From Fidelibacterota bacterium (GTDB lineage: Bacteria; Fidelibacterota; UBA8477; JABMPR01): a DNA stretch of 64,000 bases. Where the stretch lies: contig JAERTH010000059.1 in the NCBI GenBank assembly GCA_016844955.1, positions 27,124-91,123 on the forward strand. Direction: 5' to 3'. Each line of letters starts with the position of its first letter. Positions within the stretch are counted from its first letter, which is position 1. The position numbers were made by a program, and so were the translations under genes. The notes under the pieces were generated by a model that made no database searches, had not been told where the DNA came from, and saw only the letters and a list, made by a program, of their open reading frames with translations. This document shows, one piece after another, positions 46,774-57,526 of this stretch.

Positions 46774-48288
46774 TTATGCGCGTGATTTGGGCACCATGCC
46801 TTTCTCGTATTTAACTACTTGATCACCCCCGCGACGTTTGGCCGTATACATGGCAGCATCAGCTGATTGTATCAAATCCTGCATGGTTTCCCCATCACGT
46901 GGAAATTCAGACAGACCGATACTTACTTTGCTGTCCAGGCTGATCTCATTCATTTCGAATTGGTGTTCGCGAACGGCATCACAAATTCGACGGGCACTTG
47001 CCATACAGGCTTCCGCGTCTGTATTGACCATTATAACCACAAACTCTTCCCCACCGTACCGTCCAGGGATATCACTTGTACGAATGGAATCGCGGATAAT
47101 TTGGGAAATCTCACGCAGAACAAAATCACCCATTAAATGACCATAGGTATCATTGACTAATTTGAATTTGTCCAGGTCAAGAAAGAGGACAACCAGTGAA
47201 TTCTGATATCGTCCTGCTCGGGCAAGTTCCTCTTCAAAACGTTGTTTTAGAGCCCGGAGGTTATATAAATGTGTGAGCGTGTCGATAGTGGCATAATTGT
47301 TAAGCCGCTCATAGAGACTGAAACGGGTCAATGCGGCACCCAGGCTCTGACTAATCATTTCAAAAATACCAATTTCGCTCTGTTTTGCTGGATATTCATC
47401 CCTGGACTCCAGCACAAGAAGACCGGGACCATTTTTGATTTTTGCCAGGGGAAAGCCGATAACCTGGGAGTATGGGTATTCCTGAAAATCACCTGTACGG
47501 TAAATTCCTTCTGGTTGTGGCTCATGGCTTTTCTTATAAATAAAATATTGCCCGGTAATAATGGCTCGGCTTACCAGAGAATTAAATACGGGGTAACTCA
47601 TTCCCTGCTGAAGGCCGGTTTCCTCACCTTCAATGGAATCGATCATAAAATATTCAGGTGTATTTTCAGGATGCAGAACCAATACAGCGCGGTCAAATTG
47701 GAGGAAGTATTTACCAAATCTCGAGATCTCGAATAGAAAGTCCGTTTTGGTGGCTGCAATATTCAAGTGGGTATTGACTTCCAGCATGACGGACAGATGA
47801 TCGCTTCTGCCTTTATATTTTTCCAACAGGTTTGAGGTTACTGAGTTGGCACCCAGCGTTGCAGCAATATTATCAAATACTTCCAAATTTATTTTTTCAG
47901 GTGTCATTGCATCTGGTAGGATTGTCAAGAGAAACCCAACCAAATCCCCAGGCTCGCCCAGGGGTGAGAGAATCGATTGTTTTGACCATTCGTCAGGATC
48001 GTGGGAAAAAATAGCTGCATTTTCTTGATTACGAATGTAGCTACTGGAGAAGACTTCTGCCGCTTGGAGTTCAACGATAGCAGGGACTTCTGAAGGGATG
48101 GAGTCAAATACGTGATCATTGTTGCTGGGTAAATCCTGCAAGGTGAAGGAACCTTCCCTGTCAGCAACAAACAAATAGACATTTATGTCTGGATAAACTG
48201 AATACAGAATCTGAATGAGATTCCGCACTTGAGTTTTGAAAAATGGTTTCGTGTCAAGATTCACTAAATCAATATCTGTTAGTGCCAT
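46774..48288 (-). CDS. Diguanylate cyclase (GAF-like N-terminal sensor region plus GGDEF)
   Basis: Active site GGEEF with an RTSD I-site 5 residues upstream, and DLDKFKLVND. Confidence 0.85.
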   Translation of the reverse strand: MALTDIDLVNLDTKPFFKTQVRNLIQILYSVYPDINVYLFVADREGSFTLQDLPSNNDHVFDSIPSEVPAIVELQAAEVFSSSYIRNQENAAIFSHDPDEWSKQSILSPLGEPGDLVGFLLTILPDAMTPEKINLEVFDNIAATLGANSVTSNLLEKYKGRSDHLSVMLEVNTHLNIAATKTDFLFEISRFGKYFLQFDRAVLVLHPENTPEYFMIDSIEGEETGLQQGMSYPVFNSLVSRAIITGQYFIYKKSHEPQPEGIYRTGDFQEYPYSQVIGFPLAKIKNGPGLLVLESRDEYPAKQSEIGIFEMISQSLGAALTRFSLYERLNNYATIDTLTHLYNLRALKQRFEEELARAGRYQNSLVVLFLDLDKFKLVNDTYGHLMGDFVLREISQIIRDSIRTSDIPGRYGGEEFVVIMVNTDAEACMASARRICDAVREHQFEMNEISLDSKVSIGLSEFPRDGETMQDLIQSADAAMYTAKRRGGDQVVKYEKGMVPKSRA

Positions 48289-48491
48289 GATCGAACCGTC
48301 CCTTACTTAACTTTACACAGTATTCATCTCATGGAGATGGCTGCTCGAATATTCTTAACAATACGCCAATTCAGACGATTTACGCTATAGACTTAAAGTT
48401 AAAAGTTAAGAGTACCAAAATCAATTGATACTCCTCTTGATTCCAGGATTTTAATCGAAGCTAAATAGGTGGGATTTTGAACTAAATGTGT

Positions 48492-49022
48492 CTATTTCGA
48501 GTCACTGACAAGATGCATGGATTGATTTGTTGCTTTGATGGTATTGTTCTGGAGTTGGAGGGTATCTCCAACTCCCCCGGATGCACTGTCGGCACCAACT
48601 ACAAGGGATTCAATGGTGGGTGAGGGAGCGTTCTGATCGCCTGCGAAACCTTGAACTTTTTGAGGATTTATGGTGGATACCGGGTCTAACCAGATATTTA
48701 GACCAAGGGCAACCAGAAAACCAGCAGCCACTGCATAACCGGCCACCCGTGTGTAGGTTGATTTATAAATTTTGTGCCAGGTGGTCTCATGCTTGAGATC
48801 ATCTACTCTGGACATGAGGTTATTGGTAAAATCTGGGCTAGTGGTAACTTTGGGGAAATGGTGAAGGTTGTTAATTACTTCATTTAATTCTTGAAAAATA
48901 TCGCTACAGGTAGCACACAGGGATAGATGTTTTTCGACTTTTAATTTTGTTTCTGAAGAGAGAGCATTCTCTTTATAATCTGTGTATTGCTCACAAACAA
49001 ATGTGCATTCAGTATTCTGCAT
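48492..49022 (-). CDS. Anti-sigma factor (zf-HC2 type, single TM)
   Basis: H-x3-C-x2-C context EKHLSLCATCSDIF, TM GYAVAAGFLVALGLNIW. It lies directly downstream of the ECF sigma gene. Confidence 0.65.
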   Translation of the reverse strand: MQNTECTFVCEQYTDYKENALSSETKLKVEKHLSLCATCSDIFQELNEVINNLHHFPKVTTSPDFTNNLMSRVDDLKHETTWHKIYKSTYTRVAGYAVAAGFLVALGLNIWLDPVSTINPQKVQGFAGDQNAPSPTIESLVVGADSASGGVGDTLQLQNNTIKATNQSMHLVSDSK

Positions 49023-49074
49023 TCTAATCTTCCTCGATGTATGGTGCTAAAGCGATAGCAATTTGGCTATTGGA

Positions 49075-49650
49075 TTACTCCTTTAAGTAGCGCAAAGTTT
49101 CCTGCAATTTCAATCGTGCTCTGTTCACACGCGACTTGACCGTTCCCATTGGAATGTCGAGTATTGTACTGATATCTTCGTATGAAAGTTCCTGAATATC
49201 TCTGAGAATTATTATTGTTTTGAAAGGCTCTGCCAACTGCTTGATAGCCTTCATGATTTCCTGCCCAGCATAAGTATTAAAAACAATACCTTCCGTGTCT
49301 TTGCCTGTGTCGACTGGTGTGAACTCATTGTCGTCAAATGACAGTTCTGACATGGTATAGGTCTTACGCCTTTTACGTTTTCGAAGCTCAGATCGGGCAA
49401 GGTTACCAGCAATGGTATATATCCAGGTTGAGAATTTTGCGATCTCTCGGTAGGCATGCTTATTTTTATAAACTTTGAGGAAGGTTTCCTGCACCAGATC
49501 CTCGGCATCGGTCATATCATGTAGAAAACGATAAACGAAGTTTACCAGCCGGTCTTTATAACGATCTACCAGTTCTACAAAGGCAGTATCGTTCCCACCC
49601 TGGAATTGTGCGATTAGTTGTTCATCTGTGGGGGTGATTTTTTCACTCAT
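49075..49650 (-). CDS. ECF-type RNA polymerase sigma-70 factor
   Basis: Region 2 (FVELVDRYKDRLVNFVYRFL....AEDLVQETFLKVY) and region 4 (LRDIQELSYEDISTILDIPMGTVKSRVNRARLKL). Confidence 0.88.
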   Translation of the reverse strand: MSEKITPTDEQLIAQFQGGNDTAFVELVDRYKDRLVNFVYRFLHDMTDAEDLVQETFLKVYKNKHAYREIAKFSTWIYTIAGNLARSELRKRKRRKTYTMSELSFDDNEFTPVDTGKDTEGIVFNTYAGQEIMKAIKQLAEPFKTIIILRDIQELSYEDISTILDIPMGTVKSRVNRARLKLQETLRYLKE

Positions 49651-49652
49651 AC

Positions 49653-50651
49653 CTATACGACCTCAGAAATCCATTCAGTAAATGCTGCGAGTACATCCAT
49701 AGAACCCAATCTAAACTTTAAGTCAAGGTCTGCCAACTTGCGAGTTGCATCCTGTAATTCTGTCATACTGTAATTCCGAGAGAAAGCGTTAAGCTGACTT
49801 AGCCAGTAATAGGAAGTAGCTCCCTGACTGATTGTTTTCCTGGCTTCAGGTGGTTCCCGAAGTGCCATTAGTTTGATTAGACCATTGTATAGCATGGCAA
49901 CAAGGAAGGGCAAACCCTCTTTTCCCTGATGATGAATTTCCACCATTGTCTGTATGGCAAGCTGGCGATCCCGCTGGTAAATAGCATCAATAAATTGGGA
50001 GACCTGGGCATTTTCTATGACCCCTGCTACATGGTCTACTATATCCCTGGTAACCAATTCATCAGGGTCGGATAAATAGAGCGAGAGCTTTTCCAGCTCG
50101 TTGTCAATAATGGCCAACTCGCCACTACTGAGTTCTATGAGCCGGTAAACTCCTGATTCATTGATCTGGATCTGATGTTGTTTTGCCATTTGATTGACAA
50201 TACCAGGTAAGGCTGAACTGTCAGGGCTAATCAAAGAGACTTCAGTGGCAACACTTTTTATAGCACCCAGCCATTTGGATTTACGAAAATCACTGACAGA
50301 ATAGTGGACCAATACAATTGTGTCCTGCGGGAGATTCCCAAGGAGGCTGGCAAGCTTGGTTTTTACTCCAGTGCCGGCATCCTGGATCTCGTGCAACATG
50401 ATCAGACTTGCTGTGGAGAACAGGCCTCCTCCTCCCAGAAGATTACTCACATCTGTGGCAACTTTGAGGTCAGCACCCCAGCGCTGAACATAATTGGCAT
50501 TCTCACCATAGCGTTTTGTAAAAGCGGTTCTGAATTCAGAAACAAATTGTCGATAGAGGAAGTAGTCTGAACCGCTGGCAAAATATAATGGGGCTATTCT
50601 GCCTTCGTTAAGGTCGCTCAGGACTTTGTTATATGTGGGCTTTGCTGCCAT
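49653..50651 (-). CDS. holA: DNA polymerase III subunit delta
   Basis: Length and N-terminal pattern (IAPLYFASGSDYFL) fit, with helical delta-like domains at the C-terminus. Motif support is weaker than for other calls. Confidence 0.65.
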   Translation of the reverse strand: MAAKPTYNKVLSDLNEGRIAPLYFASGSDYFLYRQFVSEFRTAFTKRYGENANYVQRWGADLKVATDVSNLLGGGGLFSTASLIMLHEIQDAGTGVKTKLASLLGNLPQDTIVLVHYSVSDFRKSKWLGAIKSVATEVSLISPDSSALPGIVNQMAKQHQIQINESGVYRLIELSSGELAIIDNELEKLSLYLSDPDELVTRDIVDHVAGVIENAQVSQFIDAIYQRDRQLAIQTMVEIHHQGKEGLPFLVAMLYNGLIKLMALREPPEARKTISQGATSYYWLSQLNAFSRNYSMTELQDATRKLADLDLKFRLGSMDVLAAFTEWISEVV

Positions 50652-50652
50652 A

Positions 50653-51468
50653 CTAGAAGTAAAATAATCCGAATATTGCTATGGTGAAACAATACCAAGC
50701 GAAGTAGTGAAATTTACCCTTTCGGAGTAGCTGTAATAACCATTTTAAGCTCAAATAACCCACAATGAACGATATGACCAGCCCGATGAGCAAAATGATT
50801 GTTTCATCGGTTGAGATACCCACTTCCAATAAGTCCTTGAATTCCAACAGGGTTGCAGCGACGATAAGTGGCAGTACCATGATAAAACTGAATCTTGCTG
50901 CCTGCTCCTGCTTTACCCCAAGCGCCAGGGCCATGGTGATAGTTGAGCCTGAGCGAGAGATTCCTGGTACAAGTGCCAATGCTTGTGCAAACCCAATGAG
51001 AATCGCTCGTTTCAGATCGATGGGATTGTCTGACCTTGTATAAAATTTCGTGGACAGAAGCATAGATCCAGTAGCCAATAAGGCGATGCTCACCATAAAT
51101 GGCTTTGAGAAAAGGTCACTGATCTGATCCCGCAGTAAGAGTCCAATGAACCCGGCGGGAAGCATGGCAATAATCATAAGGACAGATAATTTGAATTCTG
51201 GATTGGTACTGAATTCCGAGGACCACTTCCGCGGGATAAAAATCAAAGAGAAGAATACGCTCAACAGCTCCACTATGTCTTTCCAGAAAACAACAAGGAC
51301 AGCCAGAAATGTTCCCAAGTGGACCACCAATTCAAAGGCAATGCTGTTTTCAAAGGCCTGTGAACCCAACAGGGTTTCTCCCAGAACCAAATGACCGGAG
51401 CTGGATACGGGAAGGAACTCTGTAAGTCCCTGAATAACAGCTAGAATAGCAGCACTGAGTGCACTCAT
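50653..51468 (-). CDS. uppP: Undecaprenyl-diphosphate phosphatase
   Basis: GLTEFLPVSSSGHL and PGISRSGSTI. Confidence 0.92.
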   Translation of the reverse strand: MSALSAAILAVIQGLTEFLPVSSSGHLVLGETLLGSQAFENSIAFELVVHLGTFLAVLVVFWKDIVELLSVFFSLIFIPRKWSSEFSTNPEFKLSVLMIIAMLPAGFIGLLLRDQISDLFSKPFMVSIALLATGSMLLSTKFYTRSDNPIDLKRAILIGFAQALALVPGISRSGSTITMALALGVKQEQAARFSFIMVLPLIVAATLLEFKDLLEVGISTDETIILLIGLVISFIVGYLSLKWLLQLLRKGKFHYFAWYCFTIAIFGLFYF

Positions 51469-52184
51469 TTGTGAATTCCTATCATTGACATCATTCTTCC
51501 TGTTTTCATACCATCACGACGATGGGAGAAGAATAGTTCTTTATCGTAATAGCTACAAAAGGGCATTATTTCAATCTGATCTTTGGGTACGCCTGCATTC
51601 ATCGCCGTATCGTGAAGGTAATGATTATTATCAAAATGGAAGCGATCCGTTTCAGGTAGAGCGTGTAAATAATCGCCGGGAAATTTCTGAGAGAATTCTG
51701 GCCCCACTTCAAAGTTATCTTTGCACAAACCTGGGCCAATTGCCACTGATAGTGATGTCGGTGCCAGATCAAAGGTTTCGATCATTTTTTGGAGTGTCTG
51801 CCCCAGGATATTGAGCTCAGAGCCCTGCCAGCCGGAGTGAACGGATGCTACGACAGGTCGTTGGGATGACCAAATCAAAACTGGAGCACAATCAGCTGTT
51901 AACACACTGAGGTAGAGTTCCTCAGCTTCCGTGATGAGGGCATCGGTTCCACCATAAATGCCTGGTGAATCAACAATCTTAATGCCATCCCGACTAATCT
52001 GAACCGGTTGAGCCAAGTGATCAGCATTCGTATTAAAATGATTAAGGAATAAGTGTCGGTTAGCATTCACATTTTCCTGAGAATCACCGCGGGCAACTGA
52101 CATATTCAAACCTGTAAAGGGGTTGGGGCTTACACCTCCCCTTCGCGTTGAGAATCCCAATGAAATGTTTGGTGGCATTTCCAA
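51465..52184 (-). CDS. pgeF: YfiH/PgeF (DUF152, laccase-domain) peptidoglycan editing factor
   Basis: GFSTRRGGVS, DALIT, TADCAPV, HSGWQG and CSYY....FFSHRRD. Confidence 0.85.
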   Translation of the reverse strand: MEMPPNISLGFSTRRGGVSPNPFTGLNMSVARGDSQENVNANRHLFLNHFNTNADHLAQPVQISRDGIKIVDSPGIYGGTDALITEAEELYLSVLTADCAPVLIWSSQRPVVASVHSGWQGSELNILGQTLQKMIETFDLAPTSLSVAIGPGLCKDNFEVGPEFSQKFPGDYLHALPETDRFHFDNNHYLHDTAMNAGVPKDQIEIMPFCSYYDKELFFSHRRDGMKTGRMMSMIGIHK

Positions 52185-52204
52185 AAACTGAGGTATGAGG
52201 ACCT

Positions 52205-54109
52205 TTATTCCAGCTCCGATGGGGGCTCCGTTTGCGTGCTATCCATAGAGAAAAAGCCAGAGTTGTCATAATACCCAGTCAATTCAAAGGCTTTATCAGC
52301 ATAGTCCATGAGAAAGACCAGGTCATTTTCACGACCGGTTCCGCCCCCCCACTGAACCTGATGCACAATGCCTTCATAGTTGGGGGAATTCATAAGGACG
52401 TTCCAGAGACGATTACCTGAGCTACCGGCATATTGAGAAGCCTGAAGTAAAAGCCCCATCACATCATAGCCCATGAAATCATATTGCTCAGGACGATGTT
52501 TGAAAATGCGGACATACTCATCAGAAAAAGATTTGTTAATCTGCTGAAATCCAAGTCGATCACCTGCAACTAATGTCAATTCAGGCAGATAGCTGGCGTT
52601 CTTCTTCAGCACCTCTTTATCCAGCCAGTTTTCATCACCCAATATATGGGTATTCAGATTGTTACTGGCCAGTTGATATAAAATGTAGAGCATATTGCCC
52701 TTATGAATGGGAAAGAACATTCCATCAATGTGAGAGAGTTCCACTTTTAAAGAGTCACCACGCGAGGGGCGTGATTTTTTCATGATAGGAGCCAATTGCT
52801 CCTCATAAATATTGATTGAGTCTCCTTCGGTTATCATACCCGTCAGCAGGGAGTCCAAACGCAATGAGTCGGCCTGGAATTTTAAATACAGTTCCTCCAG
52901 ACCCAGCTCTCTGATTCGTCTAAAGTGAACCTTGCTCACATCAGTAGGCTCCCCGACATACCATCCCTGGTACTGAATACTGCCTCCCAGCCCATCAACT
53001 CGAGTAGCAAAATTATCTGCAAATTGTTGTCCGTATTCAGTGGATGGCGCAATAATGGCGAAAGTTTCCATGGCCAATGTTTGCACGGCATATTCTGCAA
53101 GTGCGATGGCTTTGCGTTCTCTGGTAGCTCTAAACTGAAAAATTCCTTTTGACAGATTCGAGAGATGGTTTTCTGTTGCCGTTGGAGCAATGATTGGAAT
53201 AGAGTGTCCTTCTAAAACAGCTGCGGTGCCTTTAATGTTTTCATTGGTCAAAGGGCCTATCTGGGCAATAATTTGTGGATTATCCCTGACTTGACGGGCA
53301 ATTTCAATACTTTCTGTCAACTTGCTTTTATTGTCGTATACATGTAATTCCACGACCTGCCGGGTGCTATCCATGTAGGTCATGGCGGCAAACCTGATAC
53401 CTTCCAACATAGGGGTACCAATGGAACCTAATGCACCTGAGAGGGGTAGCACAACAGCAACATGTACCGTATCAACAGTGGAGGAACCAATTTTGCCATA
53501 GAGGTTGATGGCCCGCTTTCTCAGGTCATCGTCACGGATATAGGGTCGCAGATTGAAAAGGATGTCAATAGCTTCCCCTCTCTTTCCCTCCTTCAGAAAA
53601 CGTTCAGCTACCAGCAAGGCGACAAATTGTCCCGTCCGATTCACCGCTCGACCGGCTAAGGCATGTAAATCAGCTGAAACACAGGCGGTTCCAACAAGCG
53701 ATTCAGTATACTCCCTGGCGGCTTTCCTGATTTTTTTATCAGTTGTGGTTGCAGCAGACGAAGCAAAATACCAGGCAGCTTCACGGGGATCCCCCAGATC
53801 CAGGTGAATTTCCCCCAGTAGAAATTCAAGATCATCCAGGTATTCAGAATTTGGGTATGATCGAGGAAAATCCCTGGCCAGCATAAGGGCCCGCTGGGAA
53901 AAACCCAATTTGTTGTAACAGCGCACCCGCATATAAGCAGAAGCTGAACGCTGAGGGTTGAGGGTGGTGCTTTCATCTGCTAGTTCAGCGAAAATGCGTA
54001 GCGCTTCCCAATAGGAGCCCTGATTATAAAGTGATACACCTTCCTTGAATTCGGGACGGGCACCGAAGAGCAGAAACGGAATTAAAAAAATGAGCAAACG
54101 ATTGCGCAT
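52205..54109 (-). CDS. Secreted protein with an N-terminal TPR-like region plus a type-1 periplasmic-binding-protein (LivK-like) fold
   Basis: Signal peptide MRNRLLIFLIPFLLFGA. HVAVVLPLSGALGSIG is typical of Peripla_BP_6 / LpoA-like proteins. Confidence 0.5.
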   Translation of the reverse strand: MRNRLLIFLIPFLLFGARPEFKEGVSLYNQGSYWEALRIFAELADESTTLNPQRSASAYMRVRCYNKLGFSQRALMLARDFPRSYPNSEYLDDLEFLLGEIHLDLGDPREAAWYFASSAATTTDKKIRKAAREYTESLVGTACVSADLHALAGRAVNRTGQFVALLVAERFLKEGKRGEAIDILFNLRPYIRDDDLRKRAINLYGKIGSSTVDTVHVAVVLPLSGALGSIGTPMLEGIRFAAMTYMDSTRQVVELHVYDNKSKLTESIEIARQVRDNPQIIAQIGPLTNENIKGTAAVLEGHSIPIIAPTATENHLSNLSKGIFQFRATRERKAIALAEYAVQTLAMETFAIIAPSTEYGQQFADNFATRVDGLGGSIQYQGWYVGEPTDVSKVHFRRIRELGLEELYLKFQADSLRLDSLLTGMITEGDSINIYEEQLAPIMKKSRPSRGDSLKVELSHIDGMFFPIHKGNMLYILYQLASNNLNTHILGDENWLDKEVLKKNASYLPELTLVAGDRLGFQQINKSFSDEYVRIFKHRPEQYDFMGYDVMGLLLQASQYAGSSGNRLWNVLMNSPNYEGIVHQVQWGGGTGRENDLVFLMDYADKAFELTGYYDNSGFFSMDSTQTEPPSELE

Positions 54110-54112
54110 GGG

Positions 54113-55939
54113 TTACTCCACGGTTACGCTCTTAGCAAGGTTGCGAGGTTGATCCACATTACATCCACGCTCCACCGCTACATAGTATGAAAGTAGCTGA
54201 AGTGGAATCACATTTAAAATGGGGGCAGTAAATGAAAGCGCAGGCGGTACATAGAGGACATGATCTGCAATATCTTTGATACGCTCATCACCTCGGGTAG
54301 CCAGGGCAATCACTCGGCCGTGACGGGCTTTCACTTCCTCAATATTACTAAGGATTTTATCATAAGTTTTATCTTGGGGAGCAATGGCCACAATGGGCAT
54401 TGATTTATCAATTAATGCAATCGGGCCATGCTTCATTTCTGCTGCTGGATAGCCCTCAGCATGAATATATGAAATTTCTTTCAGTTTGAGGGCACCTTCC
54501 AGAGCAACTGGAAAATTGACGCCCCGCCCCAGATAGAGGAAGTTAGACGCATCAGCGTAGAGCTTGGCTATTTCAGCGATTTGGTCAGCCTGTTTGAGCA
54601 CCCATTCAACATTCTCAGGTAAGCGTTGCATTGCATCAGCAATCTCAAGACCATCCGACTCACTCATTCCCATAAGACGTGCAAGTTTGAGAGTCAAAAG
54701 TGATAACACAGTGACCTGGGAGGTAAATGCCTTGGTTGAAGCGACACCGATCTCAGGACCAGCGTGGACATAGACACCGGCTTCAGTCTCGCGGGCAATA
54801 GAGCTGCCTACAACATTGCAAATTCCCAGGACAGTAGCATCCCGATTTTTGGCTTCTTGTATGGCGGCCAATGTGTCGGCTGTTTCGCCGGATTGACTGA
54901 TCGCAAAAACAATTGATTTTGCATCTACAAGTGGTTCACGATAGCGAAATTCACTGGCATATTCCACTTCACAGGGTAGGCGAGCAAATTGCTCAAACAT
55001 CATCTCGCCAATCAAGCCAGCATGCCACGAGGTTCCACAAGCTGTGAAGTAACGTTGGTCAGCATGCAGGATGGACCCGATCATATGTTCGATTCCACCG
55101 AGGTGAGCATTGCCTTCTTCTGGAAGTAAGCGGCCCCGCATGGCGTCATAAATGGTCTGAGGCTGGCTGAATATTTCTTTCAGCATGAAATGCTCATAGC
55201 CGCCTTTTTCAATCTCTTCAAGATTGAAGGTAATCTTGTGAATTTTTTTCACAACGGGTTCATCTGCCACAGAATAGGTTTCGATTCCCTCGGGGGTGAG
55301 AACACCAATTTCCTCGTTATCCAAGTAGATCACATCTTTTGAGTAGTGCAGAATGGCGGCCACATCTGAAGCCACAAAATATTCGTTTTCACCCATGGCC
55401 AAAATCAAGGGGGCACCTTTTCTGGTACAGACAATTTTTTCAGGCTCATCTGCATGAACAATAGCCAGACCATAGGCGCCAACCACGTAAGAGAGCGCTT
55501 CACGCACAGCATGCTCGAGATTACCGTGGTAGCATTTGCTGATGAGACCGACGATTACTTCAGTATCAGTTTCACTTCTAAATTGATACCCATCATTTTC
55601 AAGTTCGTCTCGCAACACCTTATAATTTTCGATGATACCATTGTGAACCAGTGCGATTTTACCATCCTGGCTGACATGGGGGTGAGCATTGTCAAAAGTT
55701 GGAGGACCGTGGGTTGCCCAACGTGTATGGCCAATAGCCAGCGAAGTAGAATTTTTTTTCTGGGCCAACAGTCCCTGCAATTCCATAACCTTCCCGGTAA
55801 CCTTTTCCAGATTTAACCCTTCGGAATTCATCATGGCTATACCACATGAATCATAGCCACGATACTCTAATCTCTGCAAGCCTTGAATCACAACCGGAAC
55901 GGCATTATTTTGACCTACGTATCCAACTATTCCACACAT
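54113..55939 (-). CDS. glmS: Glutamine--fructose-6-phosphate aminotransferase (isomerizing)
   Basis: N-terminal MCGIVGY, two SIS domains and the C-terminal NLAKSVTVE. Confidence 0.96.
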   Translation of the reverse strand: MCGIVGYVGQNNAVPVVIQGLQRLEYRGYDSCGIAMMNSEGLNLEKVTGKVMELQGLLAQKKNSTSLAIGHTRWATHGPPTFDNAHPHVSQDGKIALVHNGIIENYKVLRDELENDGYQFRSETDTEVIVGLISKCYHGNLEHAVREALSYVVGAYGLAIVHADEPEKIVCTRKGAPLILAMGENEYFVASDVAAILHYSKDVIYLDNEEIGVLTPEGIETYSVADEPVVKKIHKITFNLEEIEKGGYEHFMLKEIFSQPQTIYDAMRGRLLPEEGNAHLGGIEHMIGSILHADQRYFTACGTSWHAGLIGEMMFEQFARLPCEVEYASEFRYREPLVDAKSIVFAISQSGETADTLAAIQEAKNRDATVLGICNVVGSSIARETEAGVYVHAGPEIGVASTKAFTSQVTVLSLLTLKLARLMGMSESDGLEIADAMQRLPENVEWVLKQADQIAEIAKLYADASNFLYLGRGVNFPVALEGALKLKEISYIHAEGYPAAEMKHGPIALIDKSMPIVAIAPQDKTYDKILSNIEEVKARHGRVIALATRGDERIKDIADHVLYVPPALSFTAPILNVIPLQLLSYYVAVERGCNVDQPRNLAKSVTVE

Positions 55940-55987
55940 ATATACACTCTACTTTTTAAATTTATAACAAGGGACAGAAGTATAATG

Positions 55988-57520
55988 CTATTCCCATTCA
56001 ATAGTTCCAGGAGGTTTGGAGGTAACATCATAAACCACTCGGTTCACACCACTTACTGAATTGACAATTTTACTGGAGACTTCAGCAATGATTTCATAGG
56101 GTATCCTGACCCAATCTGCAGTCATACCATCCAGGCTATGTACGGCTCTGATTGCCAGGACATTCTCATACGTTCGCTTGTCTCCCATGACTCCAACAGT
56201 CTGAATGGGGAGTAGCACGGTAAAGGCCTGCCATATTTTATCATACCAGCCTGTTTCGTACAGCGTTTCAATAAAAATTTTATCCGCTGCCTGTAATATT
56301 TCCAGACGCTCAGCACTGACTGCGCCCAGACACCTCACAGCCAGCCCAGGTCCCGGAAATGGGTGACGACCGATAATTTTTGCTGGCACATTTAGGACTC
56401 GACCAACGGCTCGCACTTCATCCTTGAACAGTTCTTTAAATGGTTCAATTACTTTGAGGGCCATTTTCTCAGGTAGTCCTCCCACATTGTGATGGGATTT
56501 TATGGTTACCGCATGACCGGTAATGGCACCACTCTCGATGATATCCGGATAAAGTGTACCCTGCGCCAGGAAATCAATCGCTTTAATCTCGCGGGCAACT
56601 TCTTCAAAGGCTTCTATAAAAACTCGGCCAATAATTTTGCGCTTTTTCTCTGGTTCTGTGACACCAGCCAATTCTGATAAAAATGCCTGGGTATAATCAT
56701 ACTGATATATCTTAATGTGAGAGGCCTCAAAGAGTGATTTCACTTCTTCAGTCTCATTTGATCTCAAGAGACCATTGTTGATAAAGACCGGCACACAATT
56801 GTCACCAATGGCTTCATGCATGAGGAAAGCCAGTACAGAGGAATCCACTCCGCCGCTTAATCCCAATAAAACCTTCTTATCACCTACTGTTGCACGAATA
56901 TCCTTGATGGCATCGTCAACAAAGCTGGAGGAGGTCCAGTCACGATTAAAATTGGCAATCTTAAACAGGAAATTGCTGATGATGGTTTGGCCCTGAACCG
57001 TATGGTTCACCTCTGGATGAAATTGAACACCAAAGAATGGCTCTGAAGCATGTTGAATTCCCCCGATAAGATCACCACTAGACTTAGCAATAATCTGAAA
57101 ATCCTCAGGAATGGTTTCCACATGATCTCCATGACTCATCCAAACCTGGGAGCCTTCGCTGACTCCATCAAACAGAGCACTCTGTATGGGAAAACTTACT
57201 CCCATGGGGCCATATTCTCTGGTAATACCTGGAACCACAGTTCCATTGAAGTGCTTGGCCATGAGTTGGAGGCCATAACAAACACCCAGTATAGGGAGAC
57301 CCAGATTGAATATCTCAGGATCAAGTTGGGGGGCATCTTCCTCAAAAATACTATTGGGACCGCCTGAGAGAACCAGAGCTTTCGCCCCCATCTCTTCAAT
57401 CTCTGCCGCACTTAAATCTGAGCGCTCAATACGACAATAAACTTGTTCCTCACGAATCCTGCGAGCAATCAGCTGGGTGTATTGCGATCCATAATCCAAG
57501 ATGAGTACGAGTTCATGCAT
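55988..57520 (-). CDS. guaA: GMP synthase (glutamine-hydrolysing)
   Basis: GATase GVCYG.Q, PP-loop GLSGGVDSSV and the C-terminal KPPGTIEWE. Confidence 0.96.
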   Translation of the reverse strand: MHELVLILDYGSQYTQLIARRIREEQVYCRIERSDLSAAEIEEMGAKALVLSGGPNSIFEEDAPQLDPEIFNLGLPILGVCYGLQLMAKHFNGTVVPGITREYGPMGVSFPIQSALFDGVSEGSQVWMSHGDHVETIPEDFQIIAKSSGDLIGGIQHASEPFFGVQFHPEVNHTVQGQTIISNFLFKIANFNRDWTSSSFVDDAIKDIRATVGDKKVLLGLSGGVDSSVLAFLMHEAIGDNCVPVFINNGLLRSNETEEVKSLFEASHIKIYQYDYTQAFLSELAGVTEPEKKRKIIGRVFIEAFEEVAREIKAIDFLAQGTLYPDIIESGAITGHAVTIKSHHNVGGLPEKMALKVIEPFKELFKDEVRAVGRVLNVPAKIIGRHPFPGPGLAVRCLGAVSAERLEILQAADKIFIETLYETGWYDKIWQAFTVLLPIQTVGVMGDKRTYENVLAIRAVHSLDGMTADWVRIPYEIIAEVSSKIVNSVSGVNRVVYDVTSKPPGTIEWE

Positions 57521-57526
57521 GTTAGG

